The position numbers were made by a program, and so were the translations under genes. From IMG/VR virus record IMGVR_UViG_3300049044_000094: a DNA stretch of 64,000 nt; one strand, written 5' to 3'. A model generated the notes under the pieces. The model saw nothing but the letters and a program-made list of their open reading frames with translations, made no database searches and was not told the DNA's origin. Positions 1 to 10,120 of the stretch are shown piece by piece. Positions within the stretch are counted from its first letter, which is position 1, and each line of letters opens with the position of its first letter. The DNA is from a virus. Its lineage: Duplodnaviria; Heunggongvirae; Uroviricota; Caudoviricetes.

Positions 1-127
1 TGGTCGGCATGATCTTGCCGTAGTTGGTCCACTCATTCAGGATCGGAGCCTTCGACCCGACCTTCAAAGGCATGGCAGGGATGTTGGCGGCCCAGTATTT
101 GGGCGCGAAGTCGCGGAAAATGCTCAT
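1..127 (-). CDS. hypothetical protein, N-terminal 42 aa only (gene runs off left edge); MSIFRDFAPKYWAANIPAMPLKVGSKAPILNEWTNYG
   Basis: ATG at 127 preceded by GGAGAC RBS, coding-like codon bias; function not recognisable (weak resemblance to primase-polymerase N-termini). Confidence 0.3.
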   Translation of the reverse strand, partial: MSIFRDFAPKYWAANIPAMPLKVGSKAPILNEWTNYGKIMPT

Positions 128-141
128 AGTGTCTCCGGGGA

Positions 142-693
142 TTAGTCGCGGTAGGGTTCGAGGCGCTTCAGGAATTCGTCGCGTCCAGTTTCATCGATCA
201 GATCGTCGAGGATGGTGATCACGACGGCCTGAAATTGGGCGATCCTCTTCACGTTGAGGACGCGCTCTTGGGCCTTGAGGAGCTGTTCGACGAGCGCGGC
301 CTTGGCTTTGATGATCTGGATGCGCTCCCCGGTTTCGAGGGTTTTGCCACCATCGCCGAGGTTCTTCAGCTCCTTCAGAAGCTCCTTTGCGTTCAATTCC
401 AGTTCGTCTGACTGGTCCTCGGTGAGCGCTTGTTCTCTCGTCGCCGGCCGGCCGCGGCCACGCTTCTCAACGCCGTCGCTGCCGCCTTTGATGATCGTTT
501 TTTCGATCACCTTGGCGGCGTAGATTTTGCTCAGCGCCTCGACGGTTTCGGGGTCATAGGGGCAGGATGGGCTTTTCAGGAAGTCAGGATCGGCGTCGAT
601 CCGCTCCTTGAGCTGCAGCATCCCATGGAGAAGACCCAATCGCAAGGTCGGATAGTGGAAGGCTTCGGTCATAGCCGGGTCCAATTGAGTCAC
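142..693 (-). CDS. hypothetical coiled-coil protein with RGRGRP AT-hook-like motif
   Basis: 183-aa ORF, GTG at 693 (ATG alternative at 672); K/E-rich helical C-terminus; divergent from terminase gene. Confidence 0.45.
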   Translation of the reverse strand: MTQLDPAMTEAFHYPTLRLGLLHGMLQLKERIDADPDFLKSPSCPYDPETVEALSKIYAAKVIEKTIIKGGSDGVEKRGRGRPATREQALTEDQSDELELNAKELLKELKNLGDGGKTLETGERIQIIKAKAALVEQLLKAQERVLNVKRIAQFQAVVITILDDLIDETGRDEFLKRLEPYRD

Positions 694-724
694 CAGTCGA
701 TCAGACTCAACGCGAAAATCGTAT

Positions 725-737
725 AAGACCTGGTCAT
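725..737. promoter_or_regulatory. palindrome motif site 1 AAGACCTGGTCAT (1 mismatch), abuts terminase ATG
   Basis: member of 8-site ATGACCWGGTCAT family. Confidence 0.5.
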
Positions 738-739
738 TT

Positions 740-2533
740 ATGTTGGTGGGCCGACCACCGGATCTTATCAGCTATTGTTTGATCGTTGCCTGGCTCGCCA
801 CAGCATCATCGATGTTCAATGACCTGTACAACACCGTCAAGGTGCGCTTCGGCCAGGGCAGCGCCAGCATGTCGATGGGCGACTGGATCGTCGCCAACAC
901 GACCATCAAGAAGCGCCCGTTCACCTTCGAGGACTACCAGTTCCAGAAGGCGATCGCCGATGACATGCACCCGGACCTATCGGTCAAAAAGTGTTCTCAG
1001 GTCGGTCTGACTGAGGTCCAGATCCGAAAGTTCCTCGCGATCCTCACCCGTGGCAACGCGATCGCCGGCATCTTCACGCTGCCAAACGAGCGCATGTTCA
1101 CCCGGACCTACAACGCGAGGATCAAGCCGATCCTCGACGCCGACGAGGTGTTCAATCCCCCGGTCGCCAGCAATCCGGTTCGGCGACGGGATCAGATCCA
1201 GATCCGCGACAGCTTCGGATACATCACCGGTTGTACCGAGGGTGACGCGACATCGACATCAGCGGATTTCCTCATGCACGATGAGGTCGATCTCAGCCCG
1301 CAGGAGATCCTCGCGCTCTACCAGTCGCGTCTTCAGAACTCGGACATGAAGGTGACGCAGAAATTCTCGACACCGACCTTCGTCGGCTTCGGGATCGACA
1401 AATCGTACGCGCTCACCGATCAGCATGAGTATCTGGCGCTGTGCCAAGCTTGCAACCACTGGCAGATTCCACGCTTCACACCGGCCTTCATCCATCTCGA
1501 CAACTATTCGTACGAGGTCGAGAGCTTCACGGACCTGAGCGCCCAGCAGATCGCCACGCTGGATCTCTCAGGGAGTTACGTCCGCTGTGAGCAATGCCAG
1601 CGACGGCTGGATCTGGGTAATCCATCGCTGCGCGAGTGGGTGCCGATGCACCCGGGGCGGACGAATTTCCGTGGATATCAGGTCCGGCCGTTTTCAACGA
1701 GCCGACTGAAGCCGGCCTACATCTTCCAGCAGCTCGCCAAATATCAGGAGGACGGATTCCTCCGCGGCTTCTTCAATACCGTGCTGGGCGAGCCATTCAC
1801 CGAAGCCAGCGCTCAGATCCAGCGCGCCGACATCGAGAAGTGCATGGTCGGTGGCGCCATCCCGACCATTACGTCCGACGTTCCTGTGTTCCTGGGCGTC
1901 GACATCGGTTTCACCTGCCACATCACCTTGAGCTATGACGATGCCAGCGGCATGCCGGTCTTTTGCTTGTTCGAGACCGTGCCGATCGCTCATCTCGAGA
2001 CCCGCATCGCCGAGTTGCGCAAGATCTATACGATCATCCAGGGCGCTGCCGACCGTTTCCCGTTCACCCCTACGGTTGACGCGCTACGCGACGTCACCAA
2101 CGGGGTCATCATGCCGGTCCAGTATCGCGGCAACGCCGTGTTGCAGCCCGCCAAGGATGAGCTGGGGCAGATCACCCACTACTCGGCCAACCGAACTCTA
2201 ATCCTCGATCGGATCCATTCGGCCATCTCCCACCACAAGATGGTGCTGAGTGGTTACACCAGTCTCAAGGAGACATTGATTGCCCACCTGGGCGACATGG
2301 TCCGAGATGAGCAACCGGACGTCGAGGCCGAGTGGAAGAAGATCACGGGCAGCGACCACTTCTTCCACGCGATGGCTCTATCGCTTCTAGCTCGGCGGGT
2401 TTGTGATCACATGTTCCATACGCAGTCTGCCTCCGTCGCTACCAGTTCCTCGATCACGGGTGCCGACTGGTTGGGCGGTAGCACCCTGGCCGGCACCGCG
2501 ACCGGCATGAAGCGCTTGTCGAGGCTTGGCTGA
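740..2533 (+). CDS. terL: terminase large subunit
   Basis: 597-aa ORF at head of structural module, translationally coupled (TGATG) to portal gene; size, position and ATPase/nuclease-like layout; start codon abuts palindrome motif so true start may be downstream. Confidence 0.7.
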   Translation: MLVGRPPDLISYCLIVAWLATASSMFNDLYNTVKVRFGQGSASMSMGDWIVANTTIKKRPFTFEDYQFQKAIADDMHPDLSVKKCSQVGLTEVQIRKFLAILTRGNAIAGIFTLPNERMFTRTYNARIKPILDADEVFNPPVASNPVRRRDQIQIRDSFGYITGCTEGDATSTSADFLMHDEVDLSPQEILALYQSRLQNSDMKVTQKFSTPTFVGFGIDKSYALTDQHEYLALCQACNHWQIPRFTPAFIHLDNYSYEVESFTDLSAQQIATLDLSGSYVRCEQCQRRLDLGNPSLREWVPMHPGRTNFRGYQVRPFSTSRLKPAYIFQQLAKYQEDGFLRGFFNTVLGEPFTEASAQIQRADIEKCMVGGAIPTITSDVPVFLGVDIGFTCHITLSYDDASGMPVFCLFETVPIAHLETRIAELRKIYTIIQGAADRFPFTPTVDALRDVTNGVIMPVQYRGNAVLQPAKDELGQITHYSANRTLILDRIHSAISHHKMVLSGYTSLKETLIAHLGDMVRDEQPDVEAEWKKITGSDHFFHAMALSLLARRVCDHMFHTQSASVATSSSITGADWLGGSTLAGTATGMKRLSRLG

Positions 2534-3996
2534 TGGCAGTTCTTGATAGCCTCGCCCAGATCATCCTGCCCAAGGGGAAGGGCCGCAAAGGCGGCGCTGG
2601 CTTCGTGCCGGGCTTCAATCCGCAGCGTGAGGTAATGACGGCGCCGCAGTACCGGCAGCACCTCGTCGACATCTACAACAGCCGGCAGTCGAACGACAGC
2701 CGCACCCTGCTCAATGACCTTGTCAATCATGATCCCGATGTCTCCGCTGCAGTTCATGCCTATCTAACGATTGCCGGATCGTCACAGCCGGTGCTGGTGG
2801 CGTTGGGAGCCGATGGGCAAGTTGATCCCGCCGGCATCGAGCTGGCCAGCAAGCTCATGGCGGCGATCACGACGACCAATGATTACACGATCGGGTTTTC
2901 CGCAAAGCCGACTGTCGACGCCCTCCTCACGGAAATGCGCTACTGGCTCTTGCTGCGGGGTCAGCTTGCAAGCGAGTTGGTGCTCGACAAAACCTACACG
3001 CCGAGCGAGCTGCGTCTGATCGATCCTGCCACGATTGAATGGCGGCAGAAGCAGAACGGTGTCTACTCGCCGGTTCAGAAGCCCGCCGGGACGAACCAGG
3101 AAATCGACCTGAACATCCCGACGTTCTTCACCTCGAACTACCACCAGAACCCGACCGACGTGTACACATATTCGCCGTTCGTCGCGGCGTTGAACACGAT
3201 CGCAGCACGGCAGCAGGTCATCAACGAGCTGTATCGCATTATGACGATCGTGGGGTATCCGCGGCTCGACGTTGCGGTGCTCGAAGATGTTCTATTGCAG
3301 AACGCACCTCCTGCCTTTCGCACCGATCCGAAGCGGTTGCGCCAGCATGTTGAAGAGGAGGTCGCGCGTGTTCGGGCCTCAATCAACTCGCTTTCCTCCG
3401 GACAAGCCCTGGTCCACTCGAACGCCGTTGAAGCCAAGATCATCAACGACAAGAACCCCGGCGCCGGCCTCCAGATCCAGGGTGTGATCGACGTCCTCGA
3501 CAGCCAGAACCAGGCTGCCTTGAAGGTTATGCCGGCCGTGGTCGGCAAGACGTCGAACATCAACACGGCCTCGACCGAGGCTCGGCTCTTTGCGCTGTCC
3601 GCCGATGCCATCAACAAATCCGTTGCCGGCGGGCTGAGCAAGGGCCTGACACTCGGCGCTCGCCTCTCTGGATACCAAGGCCGCATCGAGGTTCGTTTTC
3701 CGCCCGTCGAGCTTCGCCCGGCGGCCGAGCTGGAACCTCAGTGGGTGATGAAGGCTGCCCGGCTGAAACAGGATCTGTCGCTCGGGCTGATCACAGACAT
3801 CGAATATCATATGGAGATGTACGGCCGCCCGCCGCCCGCAGGCGCGCCACAGCTCTCCGGCACCGGTTTCATGGAGGCGCAGGCTCAGGCGGCCAACGTC
3901 GACACGCAGAACATCTCGCCGAATGATGATAGCCTTGGCCGCTCGCTCGCACCTGAAGGTGGCAAATCCGCCAAGTCCAACGCGGTGAAGCAATGA
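2533..3996 (+). CDS. portal protein
   Basis: 487 aa immediately after terminase, acidic C-terminal tail, typical position. Confidence 0.6.
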   Translation: MAVLDSLAQIILPKGKGRKGGAGFVPGFNPQREVMTAPQYRQHLVDIYNSRQSNDSRTLLNDLVNHDPDVSAAVHAYLTIAGSSQPVLVALGADGQVDPAGIELASKLMAAITTTNDYTIGFSAKPTVDALLTEMRYWLLLRGQLASELVLDKTYTPSELRLIDPATIEWRQKQNGVYSPVQKPAGTNQEIDLNIPTFFTSNYHQNPTDVYTYSPFVAALNTIAARQQVINELYRIMTIVGYPRLDVAVLEDVLLQNAPPAFRTDPKRLRQHVEEEVARVRASINSLSSGQALVHSNAVEAKIINDKNPGAGLQIQGVIDVLDSQNQAALKVMPAVVGKTSNINTASTEARLFALSADAINKSVAGGLSKGLTLGARLSGYQGRIEVRFPPVELRPAAELEPQWVMKAARLKQDLSLGLITDIEYHMEMYGRPPPAGAPQLSGTGFMEAQAQAANVDTQNISPNDDSLGRSLAPEGGKSAKSNAVKQ

Positions 3997-4316
3997 GCAA
4001 CGAGACCTATGTCGTCGATGTCCGAGGGGACATTCGCATCCATAAGCGAGGGGGCGTCCGCATTCCGGTGACGATGAAGGATGTCGACGATGTCGACATC
4101 GATCTGTCTGCGCGCAGTCTCTATTTCGAGATCAAAGGAGTGCGACGCGAGCCGCTCGAGCAGGATCCCTCTAATCCTCTCGGACGTGTGATCGTGCTCA
4201 CGAAGGATGAGATCGCCCTACTACCTTTGGCGCCGACCGAGTTTGCTTTGATTGATGAGAGCGGCGAGGTATTCGACGTGCTCTGGTCGGGAAAGATCAC
4301 TGGCTATGGCTGGTGA
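3993..4316 (+). CDS. hypothetical head-associated protein
   Basis: 107-aa ORF overlapping portal stop. Confidence 0.4.
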   Translation: MSNETYVVDVRGDIRIHKRGGVRIPVTMKDVDDVDIDLSARSLYFEIKGVRREPLEQDPSNPLGRVIVLTKDEIALLPLAPTEFALIDESGEVFDVLWSGKITGYGW

Positions 4317-4755
4317 CGTCATCATCCGGCCAACCGCCGGTTCGGTCACGATCGAGCCTAAGGTTGCCACCGTCATCATCAAGACGACGGGAATCCCGGG
4401 CCCTCCGGGGAACGTCCAGCTCATTACCCGAGTAGCTGGAGAAGCTCTCGGCGGCCAGCGTGTTGTATATGTCGATGCCGATAACAAGGCCTACTACGCC
4501 TCTCCGGACGACGCAGAGGCTGGCCTCATTGTTGGGGTGACGACCGCGGCAGCTGCACAGGGCGCTGCCGTCCAGATCCGTACCGAAGGCGAGATCGTCG
4601 AAAGCTCGTGGAACTGGACGTCAGCACCAATCTGGTTGGGCGCAAACGGCCTTCTCACGCAGACCCCGCCGACGTCAGGTGTGCTGTACCGGGTTGGGAT
4701 CCCGCTGGGTCCGCAAGCCATGCGCGTCGCGATGCAACTGATCGCGAAGCTGTGA
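4306..4755 (+). CDS. gpD/DUF2190-like decoration-type beta protein (paralog 1)
   Basis: Ala/Gly-rich beta pattern AGLIVGVTTAAAAQGAAVQIRTEGEI resembling lambda gpD core; paralogous to 4772-5284. Confidence 0.4.
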   Translation: MAGDVIIRPTAGSVTIEPKVATVIIKTTGIPGPPGNVQLITRVAGEALGGQRVVYVDADNKAYYASPDDAEAGLIVGVTTAAAAQGAAVQIRTEGEIVESSWNWTSAPIWLGANGLLTQTPPTSGVLYRVGIPLGPQAMRVAMQLIAKL

Positions 4756-4771
4756 CCAGAGGAGAGACCAA

Positions 4772-5284
4772 GTGGCGAATGACGGCAAGTTTCTGACAAT
4801 CGAAAACGGCGTGCCCAAGCAGGAGGCCGCGATCAACGCGTCCGCCGGAGCTGGCGACGCCAACAAGATCGTCAAGCTCAACAGCTCGGGCAAGCTGGAT
4901 AGCACCATGATGCCGACCGGCCTGGGATCAGATTCGGCCTCGATCACCACCTCCGAAGCGCTATCGGCCGGGGACTTCGTCAATCTTCATAACAGCTCGG
5001 GCGTGAAGGCTCGAAAAGCCGACGCCACCACGGCAGGAAAAGAAGCACATGGCTTCGTCCTGGCCGCCGCCGGCTCCGGTGCCGCCGCGACGGTATTCTT
5101 CGAGGGCACCAACGATCAGCTCTCGGGCCTGACCCCAGGTGCTCGCCAGTTCCTGCACACCACGGCCGGCGGCCGCACCGAAACTGCGCCGTCTGCTTCC
5201 GGTAACGTCGCCCAGTCGCTCGGCATCGCTATCTCGGCGACGGCGGTGAATTTCGAAGCTGGCCCGGCGATCGTTATGGCCTAA
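4772..5284 (+). CDS. gpD/DUF2190-like decoration-type beta protein (paralog 2)
   Basis: shared motif spacing with 4306-4755 (SAGDFV..HGFVLAAAGSGAAATVFFEG). Confidence 0.4.
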   Translation: MANDGKFLTIENGVPKQEAAINASAGAGDANKIVKLNSSGKLDSTMMPTGLGSDSASITTSEALSAGDFVNLHNSSGVKARKADATTAGKEAHGFVLAAAGSGAAATVFFEGTNDQLSGLTPGARQFLHTTAGGRTETAPSASGNVAQSLGIAISATAVNFEAGPAIVMA

Positions 5285-5290
5285 CCGGCA

Positions 5291-5698
5291 ATGGCGAACC
5301 GGCGCCCCCTTGTTGTCATTAATGGTCTCCCGTCGGAGCTTCCGGCGGGAGATTTCGTATTGGGGCAGGTCAAGGGGCTCTCCGTCTTCTGTTCGGGAAA
5401 GCCGGCAGCGAACGAGGTTATTGGCGGCGGAATAGCTCCATATGACGTCACCCTCACCGAGGGAAATTGCATCGCAAAAGCGGAGGCTGCGGCAACCGGC
5501 TCGACAGTCATCACGATCAAGAAAAACGGATCATCGGTCGGTACGATTACCTGGAGTGCCTCCGGTACAACCGGCGTCGTGGATTTTACCAGCGGAACCA
5601 CGCTCGCTTTGACTGGGGCTACCGATCGGCTGACTTTTCATGCGCCGGGTACCGCCGACGCCACCCTTGCCGACATCATGATCCTTATGCGGGAGTAA
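5291..5698 (+). CDS. hypothetical beta-rich protein (decoration-like paralog 3)
   Basis: N-terminus MANRRPLVVINGLPSELPAGDFV parallels the 4772 gene; lower GC. Confidence 0.35.
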   Translation: MANRRPLVVINGLPSELPAGDFVLGQVKGLSVFCSGKPAANEVIGGGIAPYDVTLTEGNCIAKAEAAATGSTVITIKKNGSSVGTITWSASGTTGVVDFTSGTTLALTGATDRLTFHAPGTADATLADIMILMRE

Positions 5699-5701
5699 TC
5701 T

Positions 5702-6181
5702 GTGGCCGACATCAAACAGAAATTCGGCACAGCGAACCAATCGATTACGATCGGAGTTGCGTCGCTGGCAAGCACTAGCTCGCGAGAGTCATCGTATATC
5801 GACAATGCATCCAATTTGTTCATGGATGTAAAGATCACGGCCAAAATCAAGGCTAACTCGACCGGTGTGTCCAGCACCGGCATGGTCAATATCTACGCCT
5901 ACGCGACCGTTGACGGCGGGTCCACGTACAGCGGAGCTGCATCGGGATCAGATGCAGCCTACTCCGGCGAAAAGACCAATCTGGTCTATGTCGGATCAAT
6001 CACCCTGAATGCCAATAGCATGACCGGGATCGGTACCTTCAGCCTTGCGAGAGCTTTCGGCTACGGTGGAATCCCGGAGCGTTGGGGGCTTGTGATAGAA
6101 AATCTCTCCGGTGCCGCGCTTGACAGCACGGCCGGGAACCACTCGATTGCCTACCAGGGCGTTCTCGCCCAGACGGTGTAG
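5702..6181 (+). CDS. hypothetical protein
   Basis: GTG start with GGAG RBS; Ser/Thr/Gly-rich; lower-GC block. Confidence 0.35.
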   Translation: MADIKQKFGTANQSITIGVASLASTSSRESSYIDNASNLFMDVKITAKIKANSTGVSSTGMVNIYAYATVDGGSTYSGAASGSDAAYSGEKTNLVYVGSITLNANSMTGIGTFSLARAFGYGGIPERWGLVIENLSGAALDSTAGNHSIAYQGVLAQTV

Positions 6182-6184
6182 GCC

Positions 6185-6925
6185 TTGGCGAGAGGTTTCT
6201 ACTCCACCCTCGGCGTTTCAACGACAGACAGGATTGTCACGGGATCTCTAATCCCTGGTGGCTGGACGACTTGGTCAATCTGGTTTGATCAGAACGGGCT
6301 GGGTGGGAATAGCCTCGGCCGGCTATTCAACGAGATCAACGGCGTTTACCAATTGTTCATAGACGGGGGTACTACCCCGGGTCAGTTTAGGCTTGACTGG
6401 GCATTTAGCACCCAGGCTCGGCAAACCACACTTCAATTGGGATCGAATAGCTTAAAGCGTGCACATCTCATGATAGCTTGGGATGTGACCTCGGTCTCCA
6501 ACCTCCCTGTCGGATTCCTTAACGGCAAGCCTCTCGCGACAGCCTCAGTGGTTCAGGCTGGAAGCGGGTCGGCGAACACTCCTGATAAAGTCGTGATAGG
6601 CAACAACAACTCCGGCACGCGAGGCTGGGACGGCGTGATCGGGGACTTTGCTATATGGCGAGGTGCTCTTCTGCGTCGGGCACATGCCGAGGCCCTGTTT
6701 AGAGGGGTCTCGCCTCTCGACATCGCGCCAGGATATCTCGCTGAATACCTTTTGATGGATGGCAATCCGCGTTCGGCCCTTCCGAACAATCAGCAGCCTG
6801 TCATTACCGGGACCAAGCAGAGGACCGGCGGCAATCGATTTCCGTCTCCTCAGTTCCGACCGTCAGGATTATGGGTTCCCGACCAGAGCATCAGACGGGC
6901 TCCGCGTTATTCGATCTGGTGCTAA
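6185..6925 (+). CDS. LamG/concanavalin-A-like lectin domain protein
   Basis: GDFAIWRGALLRRAHAEALF matches the LamG C-terminal strand pattern; ~54% GC versus ~64% flanks. Confidence 0.45.
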   Translation: MARGFYSTLGVSTTDRIVTGSLIPGGWTTWSIWFDQNGLGGNSLGRLFNEINGVYQLFIDGGTTPGQFRLDWAFSTQARQTTLQLGSNSLKRAHLMIAWDVTSVSNLPVGFLNGKPLATASVVQAGSGSANTPDKVVIGNNNSGTRGWDGVIGDFAIWRGALLRRAHAEALFRGVSPLDIAPGYLAEYLLMDGNPRSALPNNQQPVITGTKQRTGGNRFPSPQFRPSGLWVPDQSIRRAPRYSIWC

Positions 6926-6973
6926 TAGCGTGGTTGCGCGTGGGTCACCAATCATAGATCGACCCTGAGAGAG

Positions 6974-8158
6974 GTGGCTTTCTACAGCCGCCTCATGAAG
7001 CAACTGCCGCTCACCGCCGAACTCACAGCCTTGATCAAGAAGGCTGTCGGCGACGATGTCGACACGACGGGGTTCGCGGTGTTCGAGGCGATTGTCCTGA
7101 ACACGCATCCGCTCCCGGGCAAGCGTGGAACGCTATGGGAAGGTGCGGTCGCAACTCCGCTGACCCTGCGGCAGATCTCAGATCATATTCAGAATGGCGG
7201 TCATGTGCCGCTCGTGTCAGATCATGATTTGAGTGGTGCCCCCCACGGTCGCGTTTTCCATTCGGATCTGAATTACGCCGAGGACGGCAGCTTTGAACTT
7301 CGCGCGCTCTTCTACCTCGATGCGACCGAGAAGCAGCTCATCGAAAAACTGAATGCTGGGTCTTTGGACGAGGTGTCTATCTCGTTCTTGCCGAGTCAAT
7401 ATCTCTGCTCAGAATGCAACTTCGATTACATTGGTGCTGAGGCATCTTACAGTAATCTATGGGACCGGACGTGCCCTGAAGGGCATGTGATCGGCGAGGA
7501 CGGCGTCCATGTTCGGATGGTCGGCCTCCAGCAATTGGTAGAGGTCAGTCTGGTTGCGCGCGGTGCAGCCAAGAACCCTAAGATTGTGGGCAAATCGGCG
7601 TCTACGTTGGCGCCCGCGTCGGCAATGCGACTTGCCGCGAAAGGTTTCGAATTGGACGCGCTCATCGTGAGCGCTTCGCTGGGAGAAGAAAGAGTGACGT
7701 TCGACCCCAACAAGCTCATGGCCGATCTCGTCCAGGCAAAGACGGACGTGGCGACGCTGACTGCCGCCAAGGCCAGTGTGGACGCGCAGGTCGTGTCGCT
7801 CACCGCAGATCGTGACGCTGCGAATTCCCGCATCGCCGAGTTGAGCGAGCAGGTGACTTCGCTCACTGCCGAGCGCGACGCCGCTCGAGCGGCCCCCGCC
7901 AACGCCGAGGATTATGCCGTGGCGCTCGCCTTCCTGGGTGAGACGCTGAACAAGGTGCTTGTCGCCTCCGGCGCCGAGGCGCTCGCCAACGACAAGCTGC
8001 CCAAGACAGCAGCGGAACTCAAGGCGGCGCTTGTCGACAAGACCAGCGCTCTCAGCTCGGTGCTGCCGATTGGCGGCGTCTCCAGCACCACCAAAGACGA
8101 AGATGGCGCCAAGAAGCCGCGTCTTGTCGCTTCGGCTTTCTCCAATCGCGTCCTCTAA
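6974..8158 (+). CDS. prohead protease (HK97/S78-like) fused to scaffold-like coiled coil
   Basis: VPLVSDHD..GRVF..ED..AGSLDEVSISF resembles S78 protease blocks; C-terminal 150 aa Ala/Glu/Lys coiled coil. Confidence 0.5.
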   Translation: MAFYSRLMKQLPLTAELTALIKKAVGDDVDTTGFAVFEAIVLNTHPLPGKRGTLWEGAVATPLTLRQISDHIQNGGHVPLVSDHDLSGAPHGRVFHSDLNYAEDGSFELRALFYLDATEKQLIEKLNAGSLDEVSISFLPSQYLCSECNFDYIGAEASYSNLWDRTCPEGHVIGEDGVHVRMVGLQQLVEVSLVARGAAKNPKIVGKSASTLAPASAMRLAAKGFELDALIVSASLGEERVTFDPNKLMADLVQAKTDVATLTAAKASVDAQVVSLTADRDAANSRIAELSEQVTSLTAERDAARAAPANAEDYAVALAFLGETLNKVLVASGAEALANDKLPKTAAELKAALVDKTSALSSVLPIGGVSSTTKDEDGAKKPRLVASAFSNRVL

Positions 8159-8170
8159 GGAGTTCAACTG

Positions 8171-8572
8171 ATGGTTTACACCCCGGGTGACATCGTTTCG
8201 TGGGGGTTCTCTTTCGAGGACTTCAAGTTCACCTACAAAATTTCGGGCACGGTGACTGCTGATGATGTCGGCAAGGCCGTGGCGCTCGACACTGCGGCGG
8301 CCAACACGGTCAAGCTCGCCGGTGACAACGACATCATCTTCGGCCGCCTTGAGGCGTACGAAGATCGGGCGGTGCTCGGCATCAAGGTCGGCACCATCTC
8401 GCGCAAGTTCAAGGACAAGCTGCCCGCAGCCTCCGGCCACACCATCGCCGTCGGCCAGAGCGTCACTGGATCCGCAACCGCGGGCGTCGTCAAGGCGGCG
8501 ACCACCCAGGACATCAAGGACAACCGCGTCGTCGAAACCGGCACCGACTATGTCGTCGTCGAGAAGCTGTAA
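8171..8572 (+). CDS. DUF2190/decoration-like protein
   Basis: 133-aa beta-rich ORF between protease and capsid, typical DUF2190 position. Confidence 0.4.
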   Translation: MVYTPGDIVSWGFSFEDFKFTYKISGTVTADDVGKAVALDTAAANTVKLAGDNDIIFGRLEAYEDRAVLGIKVGTISRKFKDKLPAASGHTIAVGQSVTGSATAGVVKAATTQDIKDNRVVETGTDYVVVEKL

Positions 8573-8587
8573 GGAGTAACACCTACC

Positions 8588-9784
8588 ATGAAGCCGACTG
8601 CACTTCTCGAGATCGCCCGCAACCGCAAGCCGGCTGAATCTCTGCTCGCGGGCCTGCGCGATGAAAACATGGCGACCTCGACCGCCGCGGGGCAGATGCT
8701 TGTCCAGAACGCCAAGGCTGCTCAGCTTTCGCTGCCGGACTATCTGCGGCTCGCGATCGACACGGACACGGGCGAGTTCAAGGGCTCGAAGCTCGATGGT
8801 TATGAGGCGGCGCTGGCCTTCCTCAATCTGCCGATCCGGGACGACTTCCAGCACGGCGTGCTCCTCCAGGCGGCGGCGGAGACGTTCCAGACGTACCCCG
8901 GCACCCGGGCTCTGTTCCCGCCTGTGATCGACGACATTCTGCAGTGGAAGTACCGCCAGCAGGGGCTCGAGCAGGTGTCCTCGATCGTGGGCCAGAGCCG
9001 GACGATCAACGGCATCGAGCTGGTGACCACGGTCGTCGACGACAAGGACGCTGATTACCAGCAGACCGGCGTGATCGCGGAAGGGTCGAACATTCCGGTT
9101 CGCTCGCTCCGAACGACCGAGAAGAGCGTGAAGTTCTACAAGTTCGGCGGTGGCATCCAGTTCACCTACGAATTCGAGCGTCGCGCCAGCCTCGATCTCG
9201 TCACTCCCTACGCGGCGCGCATGCAGCGCGAAGTCGAGATCGGCAAGGTGGCGATGGCGACCGCGCTGCTCATCAACGGCGACGGTGTGAACGCTGCGGC
9301 GCCTGTGGTTACCGCAACCACCCTGGCTGGTCAGTTCCCGGCACCTCCGACGATCGTCGCTGGCCGGATGAACTGGGAGATCTTCCTGCGCTGGCTGGTG
9401 AACCGGGCGAAGGCCGGTGTGCCCGTCGACACGGTGGTCGGCAACTACGACCTCTATTTCGAGTGGATCCGGATGTTCGCCACCCCGACGGCGAACCAGG
9501 GTCCGACGCAGATGGAGATCCTCGCCAAGGCCGGCGTGCCGACCGCGGTCGAGAACCCCAACTTCAACCTGAACGTCAGGTTTGCGCTCTCCTCGACCGC
9601 GCCCGCCTCCAAGCTGATCGGCTTCATCAAGGCCGAGACTGTGGAAGAGCTGGTCGAGAACGGCTCTGACATTGAAGAGTCGGTGCGTTCGGTCACGAAC
9701 CAGACGGTCAAGTATGTGAAGACCGAAAACAAGGGGTATCGCCTGCCCTTCGGCGACACCCGCGAGATCCTGCATCTCGCCTGA
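8588..9784 (+). CDS. major capsid protein (HK97 fold)
   Basis: 398 aa after protease/scaffold, followed by strong intrinsic terminator; AGGAG-type RBS. Confidence 0.7.
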   Translation: MKPTALLEIARNRKPAESLLAGLRDENMATSTAAGQMLVQNAKAAQLSLPDYLRLAIDTDTGEFKGSKLDGYEAALAFLNLPIRDDFQHGVLLQAAAETFQTYPGTRALFPPVIDDILQWKYRQQGLEQVSSIVGQSRTINGIELVTTVVDDKDADYQQTGVIAEGSNIPVRSLRTTEKSVKFYKFGGGIQFTYEFERRASLDLVTPYAARMQREVEIGKVAMATALLINGDGVNAAAPVVTATTLAGQFPAPPTIVAGRMNWEIFLRWLVNRAKAGVPVDTVVGNYDLYFEWIRMFATPTANQGPTQMEILAKAGVPTAVENPNFNLNVRFALSSTAPASKLIGFIKAETVEELVENGSDIEESVRSVTNQTVKYVKTENKGYRLPFGDTREILHLA

Positions 9785-9801
9785 TCCCGGGCGGTGGGGT
9801 G

Positions 9802-9830
9802 GGGGCGGCTCCGTGGAGCCGCCCCGTTTT
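9802..9830 (+). terminator. rho-independent terminator after capsid gene
   Basis: GGGGCGGCTCC-gt-GGAGCCGCCCC stem followed by GTTTT. Confidence 0.6.
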
Positions 9831-9841
9831 CAGGAGCAGTC

Positions 9842-10119
<278 letters not shown>

Positions 10120-10120
<1 letters not shown>

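Noticed and set aside
142-693. Terminase small subunit call for the gene beside terL
   Set aside because: It is on the opposite strand and divergent from terL; no small-terminase gene could be confidently identified, so it is left as hypothetical.
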